DNA of 33,702 nucleotides, taken from positions 1-33,702 of the forward strand of contig CAYJKF010000001.1 in the NCBI GenBank assembly GCA_964370865.1, read 5' to 3'. Position numbers and translations under genes: made by a program. Source of the stretch: an uncultured Candidatus Saccharibacteria bacterium. Its GTDB lineage: Bacteria > Patescibacteriota > WWE3 > 2-01-FULL-39-13. Below the pieces are notes generated by a model that saw only the letters and a list, made by a program, of their open reading frames with translations, did not search any database and was not told where the DNA came from. Position 1 is the stretch's first letter; the number at the start of each line of letters is the position of its first letter. Below are positions 7,907-17,242 of this stretch, piece by piece.

Positions 7907-9172
7907 TTATTTAGTAGAGTAAGTTACTCTGTATACAATACCTTCTTTATCACCAGTAATGTACATTACATCATCCCAAGTTTTAATATCAACCGGGCGA
8001 TCAACAACAGTTCCATTGTTAGTTAACCATCCTGTTATAAAATCAGTTGGCTGTCCTGCATTTCCATTCTCATCAAGTGGAACTCTTATTACTTTATATC
8101 CAGTTGGAACAGTTCTGTTCCATGACCCGTGAAATGCGACTAACAAATTATTATTTAATTGCTCCCCAAAGTTCGCATTCTCAATTAATTCGATGCCAAG
8201 TGGGGCAGAGTGAGCCTGCATCTTAACAAAAGGTCTTGTAGCACCGGCACAAGCATCACCAGCCTCTTTTGAAATGCTAAAACTTCTATCTAAAATATTG
8301 TCACCATAACAATATGGCCAACCGTAGAATTTACCAAACTCAATAACGTTTATTTCCTCTGGAGGAACATCATCTCCTAAACTATCACGTCCCATTTCTG
8401 TTGCATATATTCGTCCAGTCCGTGTATCCTGAGTCATAAAAACGGAATTACGAAGACCCGTTGCAAATCTTTTTAAATTATCGCCATCATTATCCGAAAT
8501 CATAATTGTTGCCCTATTGCTATCAGACTCATTACATACGTTACAAGTAGATCCAATAGAAGTTAATAATTTTATGTCGCCTTCGTAATTTATGAGTTTA
8601 ATTGTTCTGGTGTAATGTCCTCCTCCACTCGAAAGGTCATAAAGTTTTTCTTGCGAACCAAGTTTAAAAGTGTCTATATCCAATTCCCACCTACTAACTA
8701 AATTAGTTTCTGCAACATATAAATAGCACTTAGGAAAATCAACCGGGCAAAATACGGTTAATCCGTGTGGCTGATTTAAACCACTAAGAATTGCAAGATT
8801 TACATCAGCTCTACCATCTTTATTTTTATCTTGAAGAACCATTATTTTCCCTTGATCTGTAATCGAAACATACATAGTTCCATTACTATCAAAAGCCATC
8901 ACTCTAGCTTTACCAAGTTGTTTAGCAAATACGCTTATACTAAAACCTTCTGGTAATTTTAGGTTGGATAAAAGAGCTTCTTCATCAGCTGTAGGTTGCA
9001 CAACTACAGTATTCCCGTCGTCCTTCCCATTTTGAGTTTGATTTCCATTGATTGGATTATTTACCACCTCCAATTTGCTAATCGCCTGTTTATAGGCGAA
9101 AACCATCAATACAACTACAATAATAACAATCAAAACTGCGATTACATATTTTAGATATGGCCTTAAATTCAT
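7907..9172 (-). CDS. PQQ-dependent sugar/sorbosone dehydrogenase family, membrane-anchored
   Basis: N-terminal TM, LPEGF, ATGLRNS, PPEEIN, YGWPYCYG, AHSAPLG, FHGSWNR. Start set to ATG 9172, which has TGcTATAAT 6 nt upstream. Confidence 0.88.
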   Translation of the reverse strand: MNLRPYLKYVIAVLIVIIVVVLMVFAYKQAISKLEVVNNPINGNQTQNGKDDGNTVVVQPTADEEALLSNLKLPEGFSISVFAKQLGKARVMAFDSNGTMYVSITDQGKIMVLQDKNKDGRADVNLAILSGLNQPHGLTVFCPVDFPKCYLYVAETNLVSRWELDIDTFKLGSQEKLYDLSSGGGHYTRTIKLINYEGDIKLLTSIGSTCNVCNESDSNRATIMISDNDGDNLKRFATGLRNSVFMTQDTRTGRIYATEMGRDSLGDDVPPEEINVIEFGKFYGWPYCYGDNILDRSFSISKEAGDACAGATRPFVKMQAHSAPLGIELIENANFGEQLNNNLLVAFHGSWNRTVPTGYKVIRVPLDENGNAGQPTDFITGWLTNNGTVVDRPVDIKTWDDVMYITGDKEGIVYRVTYSTK

Positions 9173-9273
9173 ACGGCAATTATAGCAAGATATGGGAATA
9201 TTGAAGAATATAATCAAAACGCATAATATTCGACGTCAGAAAGTGAATGAGGAGGAAATGATATGATTTAAGT

Positions 9274-10299
9274 ATGTCTATCTCTCATTATTCAATTCCA
9301 GATGACGTTAAATCGGTGGACTCAGCCCCACAAGAAATTCCACCTTCAGAATCGACTTATGTTAATTCGCATACTAATTTAATTAGAAAGAAAAAGATTG
9401 CGATTCTTACTATCACTATTTCTCTATTATCCATAACTGGTTTGTTGCTTTTTTATAACCTAAACAAAACAGATATCTCCCTCTGGTACAAACCCATCTC
9501 CGAAGATAACCAATCTGTAGCTAATCAAACACCTGAAGTCACAAAGCTATCTCCGTTAATACAAGACGATTCATCGTGGATATCAATTCCTCCAACACCT
9601 GATGAGATTACAAATATAGATGGCAGAGAAATTGAAACATTTCCAGCAGTGTACGTTCAACCTTTTAGCGCGAAGTCCTTTCAAATTCTTGATGAAAAGG
9701 GTGAAGACCAACTCACATGGAGCGAAGATTATATGTTCAGCAAAGACGAAAACATCACAATCGAGGCTATTTCAGTTGACGAAAATAGTAATTGGTCTCT
9801 GATATTTCCTAGTAATACTACTTACACTCTTAGAATTGACGATTTCAACAAATCAGGATTAATCGAAATAGTCTATGGTGTCGGTAATGATAAAGAAAAT
9901 ACTTCACTTAGAATCATCTATCTCGATTTGTTGAAAGCTGATGTTGATGGGGGGAAAATTTTCATCACTCCAAACAAAATATCAAAGTTAATCACTAAAT
10001 CTGGAGACGTAATCGAACCAAGCGGAATTTCCATAGGTGAGGACATGATGGATAATGTAGGACCAACAGTAACATATACGGTTCGTCCGGTTAATGAAAT
10101 GCAGTCCGAAGTTACTCTAGTACCATACGATACATCGGGAGTGAAAAGTATTCTTTTCTCGACGCAGTTGCCAAATTATAAGCAATACACAACACCCTTT
10201 ATCATCAACAATGAAGGAATACCGAATATTAAGCTTGTTATGGACGATACATTAGGTAATAGATCATTTGGGTCACTAGTACTATTGGCCGGTAATTAA
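9274..10299 (+). CDS. Membrane-anchored extracellular protein with probable C-terminal Ig-like domain
   Basis: RKKK followed by a TM helix; C-terminal D..GP...D.SGV...Y..PF...D.LGN pattern. Confidence 0.65.
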   Translation: MSISHYSIPDDVKSVDSAPQEIPPSESTYVNSHTNLIRKKKIAILTITISLLSITGLLLFYNLNKTDISLWYKPISEDNQSVANQTPEVTKLSPLIQDDSSWISIPPTPDEITNIDGREIETFPAVYVQPFSAKSFQILDEKGEDQLTWSEDYMFSKDENITIEAISVDENSNWSLIFPSNTTYTLRIDDFNKSGLIEIVYGVGNDKENTSLRIIYLDLLKADVDGGKIFITPNKISKLITKSGDVIEPSGISIGEDMMDNVGPTVTYTVRPVNEMQSEVTLVPYDTSGVKSILFSTQLPNYKQYTTPFIINNEGIPNIKLVMDDTLGNRSFGSLVLLAGN

Positions 10300-10859
10300 T
10301 ACCTTCCCGGCATGGTGCTTTCACTTACAACATTGTATTTTATTGCCATTCGACCTTCTTCTTTTTCTATCATAAAACAATATTCGTATGAGACATCCAA
10401 TACTAAAGGATAAGCTATTTCACACGTGTTATTAGCGATTTCCATTGTTCTCGGATTATATGGAGGCTGGAACATCCCATCGGCAGCTCTCATTTCCAAT
10501 ACTTCAAACACTACCGATCCTTTATTTATTTCCACTAGTTTTAATTTAAGGGCTGCAATGTGATTATCAAGTGAGTTGCCCATCTCATCAGGAAGATTAT
10601 CAACCTCAAATATAAATTCAGATCCCTTTACTAAAACATTATCTAAATAACCCGTTACAATCGATTCCATCGGATTCGGATTTGCAATTAGTGGGACTTT
10701 CCATACAATCCAATCAGTCAAAACATCCTCATACACCCCCGTTAGCAGCGTTTTATCCTCAACTATTTGTTTTGTTTTTGTCGAAAAATACACAAGAAAA
10801 CCACCGAAAACGAGAAGCACAATCACTACTAATAGAGCAGCTGTTTTGGAAGATTTCAT
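10296..10859 (-). CDS. Hypothetical N-terminally anchored protein
   Basis: 187 aa; single N-terminal TM; two Cys. Confidence 0.7.
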   Translation of the reverse strand: MKSSKTAALLVVIVLLVFGGFLVYFSTKTKQIVEDKTLLTGVYEDVLTDWIVWKVPLIANPNPMESIVTGYLDNVLVKGSEFIFEVDNLPDEMGNSLDNHIAALKLKLVEINKGSVVFEVLEMRAADGMFQPPYNPRTMEIANNTCEIAYPLVLDVSYEYCFMIEKEEGRMAIKYNVVSESTMPGRY

Positions 10860-10936
10860 ATTATAATCCTACCACTTTGTGGATAGACTAATAAAACAAA
10901 TTAAAAATGTTAAGCAACGAATGCTAATATAAATAT

Positions 10937-11722
10937 ATGAGAATAACCTTAATGCGACTCGGATGTGGATTGCTATTGGTTATATTAGTCCTAGTCTTCT
11001 TTTTCATTTCTACATTTAGTGGTGGAGTAAAAGGTTTTTGGTACGACATAACCAAACCGACTTTTGATCCGCTGGATTCTAATGTAAGAGAAAAAAGCGA
11101 AAATGTGAAAAATAGAATAGTTACAGATTTCGATTTTCTTAACTCACTACCACAATTAACGCTATATGGCGTACATAACACGGACTTATGCGCCAAAACC
11201 GACTACAGTTACAAACAACCCATCGGATGGTCCAGTTCCTTATATACTTGTACATATACCTCACAAAGATATTATGGAATAGACAGAATGTACGATGATT
11301 CAGTCAAATCACTAATCGAACATGTTACAAAAAATAAAAAAGGATTGATTTTTCAGGAGTATGATTTAGAGCAGATTTTTCTGGAGAAAGACTGGGTGAA
11401 GGACCCTGCTACAATTAAAAAACTAATTTCATCACATAATTTAGCAAATAAAGATAAACCTGCAAAAGATATTTATGATGTCATCTCCTTTATAGAAGGA
11501 AGAAGTAAGAACTATGTTTCAACATATAAATTATCAGATGATGGATACAACGTTGAATTATACTTTTTTGATCATGGGGAATTACCAAGCAGAACAGATA
11601 TAAAAGGTATTTATAACTCAAGCGACACTCCGGATTTGCGTGAGGAGTATATATCTGAGATTGTTAAAACCCATCCTTACGGGATGGTTGTGACAATCAC
11701 CTCTACATATTTTGCAAAGTAA
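10937..11722 (+). CDS. Hypothetical N-terminally anchored protein
   Basis: 261 aa; single N-terminal hydrophobic helix; Cys pair in the soluble domain. Confidence 0.7.
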   Translation: MRITLMRLGCGLLLVILVLVFFFISTFSGGVKGFWYDITKPTFDPLDSNVREKSENVKNRIVTDFDFLNSLPQLTLYGVHNTDLCAKTDYSYKQPIGWSSSLYTCTYTSQRYYGIDRMYDDSVKSLIEHVTKNKKGLIFQEYDLEQIFLEKDWVKDPATIKKLISSHNLANKDKPAKDIYDVISFIEGRSKNYVSTYKLSDDGYNVELYFFDHGELPSRTDIKGIYNSSDTPDLREEYISEIVKTHPYGMVVTITSTYFAK

Positions 11723-12367
11723 TTATTCTCTAAATTCTAACGACTCTATTATTTGCTTGAAAATCTCTTGCTTGTTCTCATCTGGAAAATATCCAGTCTC
11801 ACCAGTATTTCCTAAATGAAATGTATACAAGTCATCTCCTCTAGTAAAAACATAAATAGGATGCCCCTGTTCATAAGGATTGTAAGTGCTTAAAATGCCC
11901 TCTGTAAACGAGGTCTTAATTATTTCCTTGTCGCGATTATATAATTCGACACATCCAGTATAAAGCTGCGTCTCCCATTCCCCCATAACGTAATCATCGG
12001 ATTTTCCTTCTTTGCATAAATCCTTAATAAAATATTCCTCTGGTGTGTGATTATTCTTATTAGGAAAAGAAGACAAATAAGCATAAAAAGTATAGGGATA
12101 GTATGGATATTCTGAATTCTCCGATTTACCTCGTGGAGTTTCAATAATCATAATTACACCATCCTTTTCATCTACCCAATATTCTGAGGGATAATTGAAG
12201 GTAAGGGTGTCATTAGAATATGTTTGCCAATTAAGATACGAACCCTCACTTATTTTTGAAAGTGAAGAAGTTCTTTCTTTGTTCCAAGCGGACGCGAATA
12301 AATATAGCAATACTGCACAAAATATTAGGAGGAAAATTACTAGATATAATTTATTTTTATTCGACAT
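11723..12367 (-). CDS. PsbP-like membrane-anchored protein
   Basis: N-terminal TM, WQTYSN..TFNYPSEY and C-terminal FKQIIESLEF, typical of PsbP-related proteins. Confidence 0.7.
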   Translation of the reverse strand: MSNKNKLYLVIFLLIFCAVLLYLFASAWNKERTSSLSKISEGSYLNWQTYSNDTLTFNYPSEYWVDEKDGVIMIIETPRGKSENSEYPYYPYTFYAYLSSFPNKNNHTPEEYFIKDLCKEGKSDDYVMGEWETQLYTGCVELYNRDKEIIKTSFTEGILSTYNPYEQGHPIYVFTRGDDLYTFHLGNTGETGYFPDENKQEIFKQIIESLEFRE

Positions 12368-12383
12368 TTTATAATTCGATTCC

Positions 12384-12460
12384 TGGTCGGGGTGAGAGGA
12401 CTTGAACCTCCGACCTCACGCACCCCATGCGTACGCGCTAGCCAACTGCGCTACACCCCG
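12384..12460 (-). tRNA. tRNA-Pro(GGG)
   Basis: CGGGGTGTAGCGCAGTTGGCTAGCGCG-TACGC AT GGG GT GCGTG-AGGTCGGAGGTTCAAGTCCTCTCACCCCGACCA. Confidence 0.97.
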
Positions 12461-12493
12461 TTGCGATTAAATTATATACTAAAAGATAGGCAT

Positions 12494-13360
12494 ATGGATA
12501 ATATTTCGGAAATCCAACAAGGTCAACCAGAGGGTATTGGCCGCAGGTCATTTATGAAGGGTACAGCAGCACTTGTGGCAGTAACCAGTATTGCAGCCTT
12601 GACACAAAACAAACCACGTCAAGCTATCATGTCGGTAATCGAAAATGTTGGTAACCTAGGAATAATTGAATTGAAACGTGTGAAACATGGCATTACTACA
12701 ATCCCCGAAGCGACTAGAAGACTAGATAAATCACTACTAGAACTTAAACCTCAGGAATATGATCTTAGTTGTGAATATGCATCCACAACATACCTACTAA
12801 AGGCACTCGGTTATGAATATACAGAAGATCAACTAATAGAAAAAACAACTCCACATGAATTTCCTTGGAATGGCGTTCACCCAGAGTTGAAAAATAAAAA
12901 ACTAAATAATTCTGATAGGTTTGGAAAACTTCCACCAAACCCATACGGAATTTATCCAGGTCCTTTGAGGGAAATGTTAGGCAATCTTCCCGAAATTAAC
13001 AATTCGAATTTAGAACCACAATATTGGAACCAACGAGTGATAAGAAACGTAGATGAATATAAAAACACAATAAAGAGTTTACTCGATTATGGTTATCCTG
13101 CGGTTGGATGGTTTAGCAATGCTAAAGACGTAGCTGAAATAAAATCAATACAAATAGGCGGTGAATTAGTAGCAACTGACCAACATGCGGCTTTAATAAC
13201 AGCATATGGAGTAGATCAAAAAGGAACTGAAATGCTCGAATACCTAGACCCGATTAATCCATCGCAGTATTACTATATGCCTATCGCCGAATGGTCTGAA
13301 AGAGCGGCACCTGTAGGATACAATCTGTTATCCCTATTGCCAAAGGATAATGCGAATTAG
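12494..13360 (+). CDS. C39-like cysteine peptidase with twin-arginine-like N-terminus
   Basis: QEYDLSCEYAS (Q...C), HAALITAY (H), YLDP (D); GRRSFMKG followed by a hydrophobic stretch. Start moved to ATG 12494 because the upstream extension is antisense tRNA. Confidence 0.8.
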   Translation: MDNISEIQQGQPEGIGRRSFMKGTAALVAVTSIAALTQNKPRQAIMSVIENVGNLGIIELKRVKHGITTIPEATRRLDKSLLELKPQEYDLSCEYASTTYLLKALGYEYTEDQLIEKTTPHEFPWNGVHPELKNKKLNNSDRFGKLPPNPYGIYPGPLREMLGNLPEINNSNLEPQYWNQRVIRNVDEYKNTIKSLLDYGYPAVGWFSNAKDVAEIKSIQIGGELVATDQHAALITAYGVDQKGTEMLEYLDPINPSQYYYMPIAEWSERAAPVGYNLLSLLPKDNAN

Positions 13361-13362
13361 TC

Positions 13363-13779
13363 TTATCGTTTTGAGTATTGTGGTTTCTTTCTAGCTTTTG
13401 TTAAGAATGGTTTCTTTCTCTCAACTTTTCTAGAGTCTCTAGTCATTAAATCTGAAGTTCTTAGAATTGCTCTTAATGTTTCGTCGTAGGCAACTAGTGC
13501 TCTTGCAACACCAAGTCTAACTGCCTCAACTTGGCCTGTATTTCCGCCACCTTGAACTTTTATACTTCCACTAAATTTTGATTGAGGATGGGAAACTCCG
13601 ATTGCATGAAATGGTTTTACCCACTCGAGTGCAGCTTCTGCTTCTGGAAAATAATCTTTTGCAGGTTTTCCATTAATAGTAAATTCGCCCTTTTCTGCAT
13701 ATAACCATACTCTTGCAACTGCTCTTTTTCTTCTACCTGTTCCATTAAAAAAAGCTTTTTTCTCGGATTTTTTAGTCAT
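13363..13779 (-). CDS. rpsI: 30S ribosomal protein S9
   Basis: GTGRRKRAVARV, GGGNTGQ, RDSRKVERKK, C-terminal QYSKR. Confidence 0.98.
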   Translation of the reverse strand: MTKKSEKKAFFNGTGRRKRAVARVWLYAEKGEFTINGKPAKDYFPEAEAALEWVKPFHAIGVSHPQSKFSGSIKVQGGGNTGQVEAVRLGVARALVAYDETLRAILRTSDLMTRDSRKVERKKPFLTKARKKPQYSKR

Positions 13780-13781
13780 GT

Positions 13782-14204
13782 TTAATTAGTCTTCAACTGT
13801 CCTTGATGAGGGTGCTCCGCATCTGGATAAATATATAAATCAGCAAGTCTCACATCTCTTAATCTATTCTTAGGTAACATTCCTTTTACAGCTTCGCGAA
13901 TCATTCTGTTAGGATTTGACTTTCTAACCTGAGCAGCAGTGTGAGTTCGTAAATTACCTACATAGCCAGAGTGTGATCTGTAAAGTTTAGCATTGTCTTT
14001 ATTTCCGGTTAATACAACTTTTGCAGAATTAATTACAACAACTTTATCTCCAGAATTCATATAAGGTACATAAGTAGCTTTGTGCTTTCCCATTAATAAA
14101 TGAGTAATTTCGGTTGCTGTTGATCCTAAAACTTTTCCATCAGCATCAATTAAATGCCAATTTTGAACTACTTCTTTTTTTGTAATTGCTCTAGTTACTT
14201 TCAT
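13782..14204 (-). CDS. rplM: 50S ribosomal protein L13
   Basis: WHLIDADGKVLG, LMGKHK, GDKVVVIN, VKGMLPKN. Confidence 0.98.
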   Translation of the reverse strand: MKVTRAITKKEVVQNWHLIDADGKVLGSTATEITHLLMGKHKATYVPYMNSGDKVVVINSAKVVLTGNKDNAKLYRSHSGYVGNLRTHTAAQVRKSNPNRMIREAVKGMLPKNRLRDVRLADLYIYPDAEHPHQGQLKTN

Positions 14205-14708
14205 TTATTTTTTATCTTCAACTTTCTTAACTGTTTTTGCCTTTGGTTTTGCATCGGACTTCGCTTTTGGCTTTGCGGAAGACTCTGTTTTAGAAGTCTT
14301 AGCCTTGGCCTTAGTTTCTGTCTTAGCCTTAGGTTCGTCGATAACCATTTTAATATCATCAACTAGCGAAATATAAGCCATCTGTGTAACATCACCATTT
14401 CTAATATATGACTTTTGGATTCTAGTATATCCACCATTTCTTTCTTTATATTTTGGACCAATCTCAGTTAATAATTTCTCAACAATCTCTTTATTTTGTA
14501 ATCTGCTGAGTAAAAGTCTTCTATTAGCTAAAGTATTATCCTTGGCTCTAGTGATAAACTTCTCCGCAAATGATCTTAAATATTTAGCTTTTGGAAGGGT
14601 AGTATGAATTTTACCTTTATCAAATAACGCACAGGCCATACCTTGAACCAAGGCTTTTCGACCCTCTGCTGTTCTATCTAATTTTTTACCCTTAACATTA
14701 TGTCTCAT
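14205..14708 (-). CDS. rplQ: 50S ribosomal protein L17 with Lys/Ala-rich C-terminal extension
   Basis: MRH...KLDR, TTLPKAK, RNGGYTRI, RNGD. Confidence 0.97.
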   Translation of the reverse strand: MRHNVKGKKLDRTAEGRKALVQGMACALFDKGKIHTTLPKAKYLRSFAEKFITRAKDNTLANRRLLLSRLQNKEIVEKLLTEIGPKYKERNGGYTRIQKSYIRNGDVTQMAYISLVDDIKMVIDEPKAKTETKAKAKTSKTESSAKPKAKSDAKPKAKTVKKVEDKK

Positions 14709-14710
14709 TT

Positions 14711-15646
14711 TTATTTAAGATTTTCTCTTTCTAATAACTCAATAATTTCTTTAATAGATTTTTCACCTAAATTTCTGATTCTTAATAAGTCATCCTCAGA
14801 TCTATCAGCTAAATCTCCTAAAGTCTTTATACCAGCTTTCTTTAAAGCATTAATTGTTCTAGTTGCTAAATGTAGTTCCTCTAAAGCTACTTCATCAGCT
14901 GAGACTCCTGCTTTTGCAACACTCTCTTCGTTATCTAGAACTAATTGAGCTTCTTCTTGCTCCGTATAATCTAAACCAGTTTGTAGTTTATAGAAGTACT
15001 CTTTTAAGGTTTTTGACGCCTCTCTTATAGCAACTTCTGGATCTACTGAACCATCTGTTTTGACAGTAATGATAAGTTTATCAAAATTACTCTCTCTACC
15101 AACTCTTGTATCTTCAACCGATACGATGATATTGCTAATAGGTGAAAAGTTAGCATCAAGTTGAACTGTTCCAATGGCTCCTGTTGATTCTTCTGGAGCT
15201 GCTACGTATCCGTAACCTGTTTCAACTGTTAAGTAAGCTTTTAATTTCCCTTTCTTATCAGCAAGCTCTGTAATAAACAAATCCTTATTCATTACTTGAA
15301 CATCAGATGTTGATTCGATATCCTTAGCGGTGACCTTTCCGGGTCCTGTAACATCAAGTTTTAATTCAACTGGACCTTCAACGGTTTTATTAAATCTAAC
15401 CTTTTTTAGGTTAAGTAAAATATGTAACACGTCTTCTGTAGCACCATCTATAGTGGAGAACTGGTGTGCCACACCGTCAATTCTAACTTTGGTAATAACG
15501 CTTCCTTGTGAGGAAGAATACAAAGTTCTTCTAAGTACACTACCTATTGTTTGTCCGAAACCTTTCACTAAAGGTGAAATCTCGAACACTCCTACTTGAC
15601 CGTCGTTGCTTACGACTTTAAGGTTTAGCCTTGGTATATAAAACAT
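14711..15646 (-). CDS. rpoA: RNA polymerase alpha subunit
   Basis: PLVKGFGQTIGSVLRR, HQFSTIDG, DANFSPI, alpha-CTD RNLGEKS. Confidence 0.98.
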   Translation of the reverse strand: MFYIPRLNLKVVSNDGQVGVFEISPLVKGFGQTIGSVLRRTLYSSSQGSVITKVRIDGVAHQFSTIDGATEDVLHILLNLKKVRFNKTVEGPVELKLDVTGPGKVTAKDIESTSDVQVMNKDLFITELADKKGKLKAYLTVETGYGYVAAPEESTGAIGTVQLDANFSPISNIIVSVEDTRVGRESNFDKLIITVKTDGSVDPEVAIREASKTLKEYFYKLQTGLDYTEQEEAQLVLDNEESVAKAGVSADEVALEELHLATRTINALKKAGIKTLGDLADRSEDDLLRIRNLGEKSIKEIIELLERENLK

Positions 15647-15693
15647 AATTTATAACTTTTTTGAGTAAATAATAGATAAAATATCTAACTTAT

Positions 15694-16296
15694 TTACCTA
15701 GAATAATACTCAACTATTAACTGCTCGTTTATCTCGTGATGTATATCATCTCTTGTTGGCAAGGAGTTCATTTTAATTCCTTTTTCGCTTTTATCCCACA
15801 GTAACCATGCGGGCATTTCGTCTTCAGGTCTTGGAGCAGCTTCAACCGCGACGAATTTTAACACATCATTTGGCTTAACTTGATAAGATGGAATATTTAC
15901 CGGCTTACCATTTACTGTTACCTTATTCTGCCTAATCTTCTGTCTTGCTTCAGCTCTTGATGCTGAAAATCCAGCTGTGTAAATAACACTATCTAATCTC
16001 GACTCTAAAATAATCAACAAAGTCTGACCTGTAACTCCTCTAACTCTTGCTGCTTCCTCATAATATCTTCTAAATTGAGTTTCTAAAATTCCATAGATTC
16101 TCTTTACTTTCTGTTTCTCTCTTAAATGTCTTCCGTATTCGGAATGACCTCTTCTGGTTCTTAAATGTTTTGGTCCAGGAGGTTGGTTTCTTCTGGTAAC
16201 AGCACATTTATCGGATAAACATCTTGCACCTTTTAAGAATAATTTCTGTCCTTCTCTTCTGCATAACTTGCATTTTGGTCCTGTATAACGTGCCAT
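15694..16296 (-). CDS. rpsD: 30S ribosomal protein S4
   Basis: MARYTGPKCKLCRREG, LREKQK, LIVEYYSR. Confidence 0.98.
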   Translation of the reverse strand: MARYTGPKCKLCRREGQKLFLKGARCLSDKCAVTRRNQPPGPKHLRTRRGHSEYGRHLREKQKVKRIYGILETQFRRYYEEAARVRGVTGQTLLIILESRLDSVIYTAGFSASRAEARQKIRQNKVTVNGKPVNIPSYQVKPNDVLKFVAVEAAPRPEDEMPAWLLWDKSEKGIKMNSLPTRDDIHHEINEQLIVEYYSR

Positions 16297-16689
16297 TTAT
16301 ACTCTTCTCCTTTTCTTTGGTCTACAACCATTGTGTGGCATAGGTGTAACATCAACAATTTTCGATATTCCAAGTCCTGCATTTCTTAAGGCCTTAACAC
16401 ATTGTGATTTTCCAGATCCGACACCTTTCATTCTCACTTCAACTTCTTTTACTCCTAATGAAACAGCCTCTTTTGCTACGCTTTCCCCAATAATAGTCGC
16501 GGCGTATGGAGTAGCTTTTCTTGATCCTTTAAATCCACTTTTTCCACCAGTACCCCAGCAAACTGCATTACCTTCTGCATCAGAAATAGTAACGGTCGTA
16601 TTGTTATATCCAGAATATACAAAAGCAATTCCATAAGGAGTAATTGCTCGTGCCGACTTTTTTGCTTTTGTGTTAGTTTTTTTTGCCAT
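16297..16689 (-). CDS. rpsK: 30S ribosomal protein S11
   Basis: GFKGSRKATPYAA, DVTPMPHNGCRPKKRRRV. Confidence 0.98.
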   Translation of the reverse strand: MAKKTNTKAKKSARAITPYGIAFVYSGYNNTTVTISDAEGNAVCWGTGGKSGFKGSRKATPYAATIIGESVAKEAVSLGVKEVEVRMKGVGSGKSQCVKALRNAGLGISKIVDVTPMPHNGCRPKKRRRV

Positions 16690-16704
16690 ATTTATAAATT
16701 AAGA

Positions 16705-17094
16705 TTATTTCTTCGATTCTGCTTTCTTATTTGCTCCACCTACTGCGGATGTTTTACCTCTCTTGGTTCTAGCATTCTTTTGAGTATTCTGCCCTCTAAC
16801 AGGAAGATTCTTTTGGTGTCTAGTTCCTCGATAACTTTGAATATCTTTTAATCGTTTTATATTCTGAACTACGATTCTTCGTAATTCTCCTTCAACCATT
16901 ATTCCGTGTTTTTCAATTGCAGTTCTTATATCTGCTAATTCGGCCTCCGTTAAGGTACTTGCTCTCTTGTTTCCGTCAACCTTAGCGGTTTTCAAAATTA
17001 ATTTCGCATTTGTTGGACCAATTCCATAAATATATCTTAAAGATATTTCTATTCGTTTTTTTTCAGGTACATCGATTCCAACTATTCTAGGCAT
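16705..17094 (-). CDS. rpsM: 30S ribosomal protein S13
   Basis: MPRIVGIDVP, YIYGIG, LPVRGQNT. Start at ATG 17094; the longer ORF call overlaps rpmJ. Confidence 0.97.
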   Translation of the reverse strand: MPRIVGIDVPEKKRIEISLRYIYGIGPTNAKLILKTAKVDGNKRASTLTEAELADIRTAIEKHGIMVEGELRRIVVQNIKRLKDIQSYRGTRHQKNLPVRGQNTQKNARTKRGKTSAVGGANKKAESKK

Positions 17095-17095
17095 A

Positions 17096-17212
17096 TTATC
17101 CTTGTCTTTGTTTGTGCTTTGCGACTGCACTGCAAATAATATATACGCGGCCTTGTCTTCTAACCACTTTACAATGTCTGCATCTTTTTTTTACGCTAGG
17201 TCTTACTTTCAT
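17096..17212 (-). CDS. rpmJ: 50S ribosomal protein L36 (Zn-binding type; not in ORF track)
   Basis: Manual translation [38 protein letters not shown]. Confidence 0.98.
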   Translation of the reverse strand: MKVRPSVKKRCRHCKVVRRQGRVYIICSAVAKHKQRQG

Positions 17213-17242
17213 AATGTTATTACTTTCACAATGCTACTTCTT

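Noticed and set aside
9249-9266. GAGGAGG followed by ATG ATA TGA mini-ORF
   Set aside because: The SD is only 2 nt from that ATG and too far from ATG 9274; the sequence coincides with the extended -10 box.
12392-12493. N-terminal extension of the peptidase ORF
   Set aside because: It is the antisense of tRNA-Pro; the real start is most likely ATG 12494.
1-13360. Prophage, integrative element, CRISPR array or defence system near the tRNAs
   Set aside because: No integrase, transposase, att duplication, repeat-spacer array or recognisable defence domain seen in the window.
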